Shown here: piece after piece, positions 27,674 to 34,610 of the stretch | How the letters are laid out: the number at the start of each line of letters is the position of its first letter | Numbering within the stretch: position 1 is the stretch's first letter | IMG/VR virus record: IMGVR_UViG_3300048851_000188 | Location: 1-34,610 of that record | Length of the DNA: 34,610 bases | Strand: one strand, 5' to 3' | Origin: a virus | Lineage: Duplodnaviria; Caudoviricetes | Notes under the pieces: model-generated | Databases searched by the model: none | What the model was told of the DNA's origin: nothing | Seen by the model: the letters and a program-made list of their open reading frames with translations, nothing else | Program-made: the position numbers and the translations under genes

Positions 27674-28258
27674 TTACGCCTCCCCAATCGGTCGTCGGGA
27701 TCGTGTACCCACCATCTGGAGCGGAGCCGCGACAAGAGAATGGTCGTTCTCAAGAATAGGGCCCGCCAGGCTCGGGCCACGCCGAGGCGATGCCCTCCCG
27801 CCGCGCGGCTCTACCTTGTACTCTAGGCTGAGAGCTAGGCCTGCGCTCGTCGGACCGAGACCCTTGAATAGCGTGCCCGCCCTTTCATGAAGACGCAGGA
27901 GACGATCTGCATTCATGCCCGTCGGTTCTTCACCGCTAGACCAGTTATGCACCGCCTTGCGGCTGACCGAGAGTATTTCTGCTATCGTGCCCCAAGCAAG
28001 ACCGGTCCAAAGACGGATCTCGCTCAGCGCCTGACTTGCAGAAATAGCGAGACGGCGACGCCGGTCGATAGCGTGGTCCTGTACAAGAGGCTGAACGCTG
28101 AGGGCAGAAACCATCCTATTGCCGGTCGCATGGCTTCCCGTTGAACCCACAAGCAGAGCTCCCGCGCCGATCGCTACGATCGTACACGATGCGGGCAGTC
28201 GATCCGGGAGGGAAAACGTTAAGCTCCGTCCGGTGCCTGTGTAGCGGAGATTACCCAC
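27674..28258 (-). CDS. XRE-type HTH protein with hydrophobic N-terminal extension, putative antitoxin/regulator
   Basis: LSEIR..TGL.W..IAEILSVSRKAVHNW..G; start overlaps the stop of the upstream gene. Confidence 0.72.
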   Translation of the reverse strand: MGNLRYTGTGRSLTFSLPDRLPASCTIVAIGAGALLVGSTGSHATGNRMVSALSVQPLVQDHAIDRRRRLAISASQALSEIRLWTGLAWGTIAEILSVSRKAVHNWSSGEEPTGMNADRLLRLHERAGTLFKGLGPTSAGLALSLEYKVEPRGGRASPRRGPSLAGPILENDHSLVAAPLQMVGTRSRRPIGEA

Positions 28259-29069
28259 GGCGATACTCCTGCAAGAACTCGTCAGAAATAGCCCATCGGA
28301 ACATCTGACAATTCAGGTTCGTAAGTTCGACAGCGATGTCACGAAGGTGGTCTGAAGACGTATCTCCAGTAAGCATCTGCGCAGCATCGATATCAAGCAG
28401 CCAAGCGGTATCAGCTAGGGGCGCCGTTATCATTTCACCAACGGTACCCGGCTTCAGCCGACCAGTCTTAATGATAAGCTTGGACGCCCCAACACTTCCT
28501 TCCGTTTGTCCGAATGAAGACTCAAAGTTGTTTCCGAATACTCTTCCGCCAAATCCAATCATCGCCGGATTTGTATACTTACTTATTCCGGCAAGGAGAT
28601 CGCCTTCGAACAGATTTACATACCGGAAACCCAAGCGACCTGGGACAACGGGTGAATAACTAGCGTGCAAGGCGTCCAGCAGATCGCCAAAGCGGTTGAT
28701 GAGATTATTGCGGCCCGCGTAGCTCTCGCCACTCGTCTGGATTGCAAGCGATTGATGCGTAAGCGTAACGATCCAGTCTTCGCTGATATCGGCGAATATC
28801 CACGCAGGATGACTTATGACCGATGGTTGATTGACCACCTGCCCAGCTTCATTCGCCTCGAAACGCAGTTCGTGCTGCTGCTCCGACCGGAAAATTGGAT
28901 AGGTGCTACGGACATGATCCTGAAACTTGGCCACGCCCTGCCCGGAGGGATCGCTAATTTTGAGGATCGGAGCGAATTGCATCACGCACAGCACGTGACG
29001 GAGCGGCGCCGAGGTGAGCGTCACGAGATCCGGCGCGGTGCCAGCGGAGAGGGGTGCGAGTCTTGTCAT
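28251..29069 (-). CDS. TIGR04255-like protein
   Basis: L..APL..V.C...F, YP, W.F, Y......F, R.G.RY.N, LLDID match my recollection of the family pattern. Confidence 0.75.
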   Translation of the reverse strand: MTRLAPLSAGTAPDLVTLTSAPLRHVLCVMQFAPILKISDPSGQGVAKFQDHVRSTYPIFRSEQQHELRFEANEAGQVVNQPSVISHPAWIFADISEDWIVTLTHQSLAIQTSGESYAGRNNLINRFGDLLDALHASYSPVVPGRLGFRYVNLFEGDLLAGISKYTNPAMIGFGGRVFGNNFESSFGQTEGSVGASKLIIKTGRLKPGTVGEMITAPLADTAWLLDIDAAQMLTGDTSSDHLRDIAVELTNLNCQMFRWAISDEFLQEYRRG

Positions 29070-29078
29070 GTGAACCGT

Positions 29079-29112
29079 TGTGTAAACTAAGTGTGTAACA
29101 CGAAAGTTGCAA
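29079..29112 (-). promoter_or_regulatory. Sigma70-like promoter of the three-gene operon, with overlapping TTACACA direct repeats
   Basis: Minus strand TTGCAA (29112-29107)-N17-TAGTTT (29089-29084); TTACACA at 29098-29092 and 29085-29079. Confidence 0.6.
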
Positions 29113-29281
29113 CCGGCTGCAGCATGCTCCAGCGATTTAAGTGTCCATCCTTAACCCAACACAGCTGCCTACCCCTAGTGGGCGACCACTCGCTAGTGAC
29201 AGCAGCGGACAGGCCCTCCGCCGTGGCTCAGCCAGCAGGCCCGAATCCGCGGGTTGAGAGCGGCTAGCTTGGCTCGATTGC

Positions 29282-30067
29282 TTACCGCCCCGCGCGCCGC
29301 GCCTCAGCCTCGGCTGCAACAGCTTCCTCCATGCACTCGGCATAACAAGCTGCCCAACGGTGCTCGTCCTCACAGATCACACCATCGGCGGCGATCACCC
29401 GCTGCACATACTGCGTCAGCACCGCCCGGGAGGTGCTACTGTGCGCGTACTGCCGGATCGCGCTTTCAAACACCTCGCCATCGGGCGCGAGCCTCCGGGC
29501 GTGGGCCACGATCCGGTCGAGCGGCGGTGATCCTTCCCACTCTTTCCGCAGCCACAGCGAACAGATGAAATCCTCGATCGTCTGCGTCTCCAGCGGGTGC
29601 CACTGGCCGTCGCAGCGCGCCATGAACGCCAGCACGTTCAAGCCGGCGACGATCAACGACTTCCGCGGCGAGGTGGTGTCCCACATGTCCGCTAGCGGCT
29701 TGGACGCGCTCACCGTGAACCGCTCGAAATAGGTGCCGTCGCCAAGGGACGCTCCCGTCTCGGCGTCGCAGACCTCCATGATCCGGTCGCATCGGAACAG
29801 CTTGTATCGCTTGGAGTTGCCACAGATCGCGCCAACGGAGGCATTACCGCCGACAGTCAGATAACGCCGGCAGCTTATCAGGCGCTCGGTGACGACCCCG
29901 CTGGCGTCGGCATATTCGATGACGCACAGGAACCCGGCGATCGCCTGGGGCTCGTCGGTATCATCCGGCGCATCGGGAAGAGTTTCGACGTCCTCGCAGT
30001 TTAGCAAGGCCGTGAGACCAGGCGGGAGAACCGCCTCCTTAACCGCGAACTCCTGAAGTGCCCCCAT
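29282..30067 (-). CDS. WYL-like domain plus TerB-like domain protein
   Basis: IEY.DASG..TER.I...A.C.....K.FR.DRI (WYL-like); L.FMARCDG..HP.E and VI.ADG.I...E (TerB-like); GGGGGAG ribosome site. Confidence 0.8.
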   Translation of the reverse strand: MGALQEFAVKEAVLPPGLTALLNCEDVETLPDAPDDTDEPQAIAGFLCVIEYADASGVVTERLISCRRYLTVGGNASVGAICGNSKRYKLFRCDRIMEVCDAETGASLGDGTYFERFTVSASKPLADMWDTTSPRKSLIVAGLNVLAFMARCDGQWHPLETQTIEDFICSLWLRKEWEGSPPLDRIVAHARRLAPDGEVFESAIRQYAHSSTSRAVLTQYVQRVIAADGVICEDEHRWAACYAECMEEAVAAEAEARRAGR

Positions 30068-30187
30068 GCTCCCCCCTATCGTCGCCCCTTAGAAGCCCGC
30101 TGCTTCACTCCGGGACGTGGTCAAATGTTTACCGGCAGACAGCGTGTTTGCCGCCGCTTTCCTACAAGCCTCGGCAAGGTCATATGA

Positions 30188-30202
30188 GAACGGAATAGGA
30201 AC
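30188..30202 (+). promoter_or_regulatory. Alphaproteobacterial LexA (SOS) box
   Basis: GAAC-GGAATAG-GAAC, exact GAAC-N7-GAAC direct repeat in an AT-rich intergenic context. Confidence 0.8.
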
Positions 30203-30218
30203 AAATACCGAGTCACTC

Positions 30219-30509
30219 TTGAACGAACCCGTCTTTCGAACTGCCCCAGGATGCGAGCTTGCCTGCGACCGCTGCGAGGTCATGTGCGCGATCCTGGCTG
30301 GGACACGGGATGATCTGTGGCGGGAGGTGGAGGCGCTGCATCGGGAGCGGTCGCTTGCCCCGTCGCCTCGGACGGAAGAACGCTTGCGAGCCGCGCTAGG
30401 CCATTTGGAAGCCGCTGAGCGAGAATTCGCGCGAGTTCGTCCTTCGGGGCAGCTAGATCGAGCGGCCGAAGCAGCCCTTCGAACATGCGCGCCAAAGCGG
30501 CCTCACTAG
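30219..30509 (+). CDS. Putative SOS-induced Cys-rich protein, antisense to the 3' end of cI (candidate antirepressor)
   Basis: TTG 16 nt after the LexA box; CxxxCxxCxxxC followed by amphipathic helices. Start codon uncertain. Confidence 0.5.
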   Translation: MNEPVFRTAPGCELACDRCEVMCAILAGTRDDLWREVEALHRERSLAPSPRTEERLRAALGHLEAAEREFARVRPSGQLDRAAEAALRTCAPKRPH

Positions 30510-30849
30510 GTAAGACAACCCCCATGGGGATGACCTGATCGTCTGTCCTTAAATGCCCGCTGAGCGAGGCTGATCGGGAGGTCAACTTCCCCTCGGAAGG
30601 CTCGGGGGCTTCCTGCTCGATGCCGGCGAGCGCAAGCACGTCTGCGACCGCTACCCCGTGGGTGCTCAGAGGCTTTGCAACAGCCTTCGCAAACCCGACG
30701 GGGAGATACTGCTTTTTGAACTTCTTAGGGTCTTCGTAGAAGGCATAGGACGACGGTGCGATACCCAGCTCTTCCGATAGGCGCCTGATGCTCAGCCGCG
30801 GGTGAGTGCTGTCGCGAAGGCGTTTCAGACGGACTGCGGCGGTCTCCAT
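30280..30849 (-). CDS. Prophage repressor (cI-like XRE HTH, no S24 peptidase domain)
   Basis: RLKRLR....LSIRRLSEELGI..SSY..YE; divergent from the cro-like gene. Confidence 0.8.
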   Translation of the reverse strand: METAAVRLKRLRDSTHPRLSIRRLSEELGIAPSSYAFYEDPKKFKKQYLPVGFAKAVAKPLSTHGVAVADVLALAGIEQEAPEPSEGKLTSRSASLSGHLRTDDQVIPMGVVLPSEAALARMFEGLLRPLDLAAPKDELARILAQRLPNGLARLASVLPSEATGQATAPDAAPPPPATDHPVSQPGSRT

Positions 30850-30870
30850 CACAAACTCGTCGCGGAAAAA

Positions 30871-30926
30871 TCGTACACTGTCTGTACGAAATAGTCATTG
30901 CACGTTGTACGACTCCTTCGTACATG
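30871..30926. promoter_or_regulatory. Lysis/lysogeny switch: operators and rightward promoter
   Basis: TCGTACA-N5-TGTACGA (30871-30889), TGTACGA-N5-TCGTACA (30906-30924); TTGCAC (30898-30903)-N17-TACATG (30921-30926). Confidence 0.72.
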
Positions 30927-30932
30927 TCGCAC

Positions 30933-31223
30933 ATGATCAGCGAGACGGACCTGTTCGAGTGCTTCGGCGGCATTCGCCCGATGGCTAAGGAGTTGGGTGA
31001 ACGCCCGACCACCGTGCAGGCTTGGAAGAGTACCGGACGAGTTCCAGCCTCAAAACAGCCGCTTGTTCTCGATCGAGCTAGTGAACTGCACCTCGACGTT
31101 GTTCCTTACGATGTTGTCTTTCCGCTCTCTGCACGCCGCCGCGCCTCCAGCGAGCAAGTAGCCGCTCTAAGCGGGGCAGTCGCATCGAATGCCGACAGCA
31201 TTTTCGATCGGAAGCAGGCGTGA
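30933..31223 (+). CDS. Cro-like HTH protein
   Basis: FGGIRPMA.ELG..PTTVQ.WK..GR.P; first gene of the early operon. Confidence 0.82.
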   Translation: MISETDLFECFGGIRPMAKELGERPTTVQAWKSTGRVPASKQPLVLDRASELHLDVVPYDVVFPLSARRRASSEQVAALSGAVASNADSIFDRKQA

Positions 31224-31714
31224 CCGTGCCCCGCACCCCTGACACGTCGGCCGATGCCGTGCTGCAGATCGCTGGGCGCATTGGCTATGATGCGGCCGCA
31301 AAGATCGTCGGGCGCAAGTCAGCCTGCATCCGGGACTGGACGAACGAGGCGACCACCTCCTGCCCCAGCTTCGCCCAAGCGGTCGCCCTGGATGCTGCGT
31401 ACATCGCTGCCGGCGGCGAGAATGCCCCGCTGCATGACGCTTATGCCGTGCAGCTGGAGATCGTCGTTGCCGAGCGCACCGCCTGCGCAAACTCCCTTTC
31501 CCGCGAGGTGGCGACCGCCGCCCGCGAGTTCGGCGACCTGATCGCCGCCAGTTTGCCGGTCTGCCAGCCCGGCTACAGCCCCAACGATGCGCAGCGCGCG
31601 CTTCTCGAAGCCGACCAGGCCGAAAGCGCGCTCGCCGCCGTCAAGCGCCGGCTGTTCAGTTTCCTAAAGACCGGCGCGGGGCCGGTCGGGAAAGCCGGGG
31701 GTTCCCACCAATGA
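31220..31714 (+). CDS. CII-like phage regulatory protein
   Basis: N-terminal HTH (AA.IVGR....IR.W), A..LD.AY..AGG, helical C-terminus; follows cro. Confidence 0.62.
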   Translation: MTVPRTPDTSADAVLQIAGRIGYDAAAKIVGRKSACIRDWTNEATTSCPSFAQAVALDAAYIAAGGENAPLHDAYAVQLEIVVAERTACANSLSREVATAAREFGDLIAASLPVCQPGYSPNDAQRALLEADQAESALAAVKRRLFSFLKTGAGPVGKAGGSHQ

Positions 31715-32046
31715 GTCGCATCGCGCGTCCGCGCCAGCCTTCTTTCGACTGCCCACACTGCCGATCGCGCGCGATCGTGCGCAGCAGCGCACAAGTCACG
31801 TCACTGGTCCGCGAGCTGGACTATGCCTGCACGAACCACCGCTGCGGGCACACCTTCGTCGCCCAGCTGGAGGCGGTTCGCACCATCGTTCCCAGCGCGA
31901 TGCCGAACGCCGCCATCCACCTGCCCTTCGGCAACCGTAACCTTGGGCCGAAGCGCCTGCCGGTTCCCGCCAACGACGACAACCGCGACCCAGCGAACGA
32001 CGCTGGTCCGGACGTCGCCCAGGCGCCCGATCCCATGAGCGGCTGA
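31711..32046 (+). CDS. ogr: Ogr/Delta-family zinc-finger late transcription activator
   Basis: CPHC...A.VRSS...Y.C.N..CGHTF......RTI.PS. Confidence 0.93.
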   Translation: MSRIARPRQPSFDCPHCRSRAIVRSSAQVTSLVRELDYACTNHRCGHTFVAQLEAVRTIVPSAMPNAAIHLPFGNRNLGPKRLPVPANDDNRDPANDAGPDVAQAPDPMSG

Positions 32047-32159
32047 TCCACCGCGGCACCCGCCGCCCGCCCGCTTCTCCCCGACTGCCCTGTTTACCCG
32101 GCTTTGCACCCCGCTGCCGGCATCGCCCCCGCTTTGCCCTGTTCCCGAAAGGATGCCCC

Positions 32160-32621
32160 ATGCTGCACCGTCACGCCTTCACCACATCGCCGCGCAAGCG
32201 GTTCCTTCCCCGCATCCCCGATGCACGGCTGCTGACGCCCGAGGGCTATCTGCGCCTGCGCCGCAAGGCTGCCGGTCTTGAGATCCGCGACCTCGCCGCG
32301 CGGCTAACCGAGCTGCGCTCCGCGTTGGTTGAGGCCGGCGAGCTGCCCGCCGACATGCTGGCGATCGGCCGCGATTTCGTCTCGATCCTCCTCATGCTTG
32401 AGGCGCCGAGCGTCCGCGCCCGCATGCGAGAAACGCTCGACGCGATCGCCGCGGTGATGCCGTTCGATGCCGACGTCTACCAGCAGCTGGCCGACGTGGA
32501 CCCGTGTCGCCATCCGCGCGTCTGTCGCGGCTGCGGCACCTCGACCCACGATCATGACATGCCGAGCTGGGCGACGGCGACCAGCTGCACTCGCTGCGAT
32601 CCCGCTGGGGAAGGCCTGTGA
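32160..32621 (+). CDS. XRE-like HTH protein with C-terminal CxxC...CxxC zinc finger
   Basis: YLRLRRKAAGL.I.DLA; CRGCG...W....CTRC. Confidence 0.72.
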   Translation: MLHRHAFTTSPRKRFLPRIPDARLLTPEGYLRLRRKAAGLEIRDLAARLTELRSALVEAGELPADMLAIGRDFVSILLMLEAPSVRARMRETLDAIAAVMPFDADVYQQLADVDPCRHPRVCRGCGTSTHDHDMPSWATATSCTRCDPAGEGL

Positions 32622-32764
32622 CCGCCCGCCGCGTTCTCAAGCGGCGGGAGATGACCCGCCGGGCCTTGCGCGCCCTGGTCATCGCCGGTGGCATCGCCAT
32701 CGCGATGCTCTGCATCCCCGCTCTGATCGTAAAGACGTTCGCCGATGCCAAGGGCCAGCGGTGA
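32618..32764 (+). CDS. Small single-TM protein (48 aa, not in the ORF track)
   Basis: GTGA-coupled to the upstream gene; basic N-terminus then LVIAGGIAIAMLCIPALIV. Confidence 0.55.
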   Translation: MTARRVLKRREMTRRALRALVIAGGIAIAMLCIPALIVKTFADAKGQR

Positions 32765-32966
32765 TGGGAGCGCGCGCAAACCGACCGGCGCCGCCGCCAG
32801 CGGCGACCGCGCGGTCTTCCTCGGCCTCGGCCCGCGCGGCGCACATTGCGACGTCCTCACCGTGCGCGGCCGCTTCGCCACGATCCGCATCGACGGGCAG
32901 CGTCCCGCCCTCGCCCTCATCAGCGATTGCCACCCGATCCCCCGCCGCCCCCCGCCCATGTGGTGA
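32745..32966 (+). CDS. Small hypothetical early protein
   Basis: Fills the operon gap; beta-rich core (AVFLG...CDVLTVRGRFATIRIDG). Confidence 0.45.
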   Translation: MPRASGDGSARKPTGAAASGDRAVFLGLGPRGAHCDVLTVRGRFATIRIDGQRPALALISDCHPIPRRPPPMW

Positions 32967-32970
32967 CCCG

Positions 32971-33270
32971 ATGGAGAGCGCCTTGCCTGCGGCTGGGAAC
33001 GGCGAGCCTAAAAACAGGCTCAGCATAGGCGACCGCGCCCGCCGTATCACGCTGCTGCGTGGCGCTGCCGACCTGTTTGGCACAGCCCGCGCTGCCGCTG
33101 CGCTGGGGATCGAGGGCCGCTCGTTTCGCGCCAAGCTCGAAGCCACCCGCGGCGTCGCCATCCACGACTTGCGCGCGATTGCAGATGCGCTCGACCGGCA
33201 TGCCGCCGCCGCAGCCGCGCACGCCACCGCCATCCGCGACACCCTGGCTGATCGAAAGGACGCCGCATGA
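32971..33270 (+). CDS. Hypothetical HTH-like early protein
   Basis: LFG.ARAA.ALGI..RS.RAKL; ATGA-coupled to xis. Confidence 0.6.
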   Translation: MESALPAAGNGEPKNRLSIGDRARRITLLRGAADLFGTARAAAALGIEGRSFRAKLEATRGVAIHDLRAIADALDRHAAAAAAHATAIRDTLADRKDAA

Positions 33271-33521
33271 GCCCGGAATTCGACCCACAGGCGCGTCTGC
33301 AGAGCAAGGCTGGCATCTGCGCATACCTGGGACACATCAGCACCGCGACCTATGACATCTGGGCGCAGAAGGGCTTGGTGCCTGGCCCCGTGCGTGGGAC
33401 CAATCGCTACGACGTGCGCGCGCACGACCAGCTGCTCGACCGCCATGCCCGCCTAGACACCGGCACGACCACCCTCTCGCCGCTCGAACAGTGGGAGGCG
33501 GAACATGCGCGTGCCGCTTAA
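33267..33521 (+). CDS. Excisionase-like winged-HTH protein
   Basis: ICAYLG.IS..TY..W..KGL.P.P..GT.RYD; overlaps the integrase start. Confidence 0.75.
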   Translation: MSPEFDPQARLQSKAGICAYLGHISTATYDIWAQKGLVPGPVRGTNRYDVRAHDQLLDRHARLDTGTTTLSPLEQWEAEHARAA

Positions 33522-34610
33522 GGGCGTCTACGCCAGCAAGAAGAAGCTCGCGGACGGCACGCGCCGGACCTACTACTTCCTGCGCGGGTTCGGCGCCCTA
33601 AAGCCCCAAGACGGCGACGAGGCAGAAGAGTTCGCGCCCGGCACCCCTGCGTTCATGCGGGCCTTTCACGCCGCGATTCAGGCGCCCCGCATCGCCCGCA
33701 CCCATGGCACGCTTCAGGCGATCATCGACGGGTATCAGCGGTCGCCCCAGTATCTGAAGCTCGCACCCAGGACAAAGCGCGACTACGACGCCGCGCTGCT
33801 CCGCATTGGCGAGCGGTTCGGCAACCACCCGCTGGCGGTGATCGAAGACCCAAAAATCCGCGTGCGCTTCCTCCAGTGGCGGGACGATCGCGCCAAGACG
33901 TCCGCGCGCCAGGCGGACGCCGTGCTGGGCGTGCTTCGCATCGTCCTCGAATGGGGTCGCGATCGTGGCCTGCTGATGCACAACCACGCGACGCGTCCGA
34001 AGAAGGTCTACAAGGCGGATCGCGCGGACAAGCTATGGCTGCCGCCGGATATTGCAGCGCTGCAGGAGGTTGCCGAGCCTGAAATTAGGCTCGCGTTCGA
34101 ACTGGCGCTGGGTACCGGCCAACGCAAGGGTGACCTCCTGGCATTGCCCTGGACGGCCTATGATGGCGCACGCATCCGGCTGCGGCAGGCAAAGCGCAAT
34201 CGCATGATCGACATGCCGGTCACTCAGTCGCTGAAGGCGCTCCTGGATGCGCAGCCGCGCACCGCCAAGACGATCCTGACGCGCAACGACAAGCCATGGG
34301 GCAAGGTCAACTTCGACCATCGCTGCGGGAGACGGTCGTTCGCGCCGGACGCGACGGACTGCACTTCCACGACCTGCGGGGGACCGCCTGCACCATCCTC
34401 GCGCAAGCCGGTGCCACGCCATCAGAAATCGCCGCGATGCTCGGCTGGACCGTCTCCACCGTCGCCCGAATGCTCGATCTCTACCAGGCGATGACCGCGT
34501 CGCTGAGCGATTCTGCGGTCGCAAAACTCGAAGCGCGCAATGCGCAGCTGCGGAACGAGGTGCGGAACGCGCCCGAAGCGCACACCGAAAAAGGGGAAGA
34601 AAGTGAATAA
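33505..34610 (+). pseudogene. int: Tyrosine integrase with a 1-nt deletion frameshift near 34326
   Basis: TGQR.GDL in the first frame; FHDLRGT, LGW and catalytic Y (LDLY) in the second. CGCTGCGGGAG restores to R-W-R-E with one extra G. Confidence 0.9.

Larger units (their letters stand above)
1..34610. mobile_element. P2-like prophage; att sites not visible in the window
   Basis: Complete P2-type head, tail and lysis modules plus ogr, an immunity switch and xis/int. Confidence 0.95.

Noticed and set aside
29172-29186. 10-nt reverse-strand match (CTAGTGGGCG) to repeat R3
   Set aside because: Lacks the flanking stem arms; too short to distinguish from chance.
30089-30283. 64-aa minus-strand ORF coupled to the cI stop
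   Set aside because: Low-complexity sequence running across the LexA box and promoter region; better explained as regulatory DNA, though not excluded.
1-34610. tRNA, rRNA or att core sequences
   Set aside because: None recognised; the window ends exactly at the methylase and integrase stop codons, so att sites would lie outside.

Overview
The window is a nearly complete, GC-rich P2-like (Peduoviridae-type, contractile-tailed) prophage. It runs from a DNA adenine methyltransferase at the left end to an integrase at the right end. The host is probably an alphaproteobacterium, likely Sphingomonadaceae; this is inferred from a GAAC-N7-GAAC LexA box and the accessory gene content. Gene order: dam-like, Q, P (minus strand); O N M L X, holin, endolysin, Rz/Rz1, R, S; accessory region 1; J I H, tailspike; V W FI FII E/E' T U D; accessory region 2; cI, cro, cII, ogr, small early genes, xis, int. 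The tape measure gene and the integrase each carry a single-base frameshift, and no replication initiator is visible. The most notable observations are: (1) a perfect LexA box ahead of a Cys-rich gene nested antisense inside a non-self-cleaving cI; (2) two small genes, each bracketed by copies of a ~30-nt hairpin repeat, resembling an integron-like cassette array; (3) a TIGR04255/HTH/PemK-like three-gene operon preceded by a WYL-TerB fusion, a candidate defence system; (4) a WYL-like domain inserted into tail completion protein S; (5) three copies of a late-promoter palindrome feeding apparently leaderless mRNAs. All family calls come from motif recognition by eye, not from database searches.
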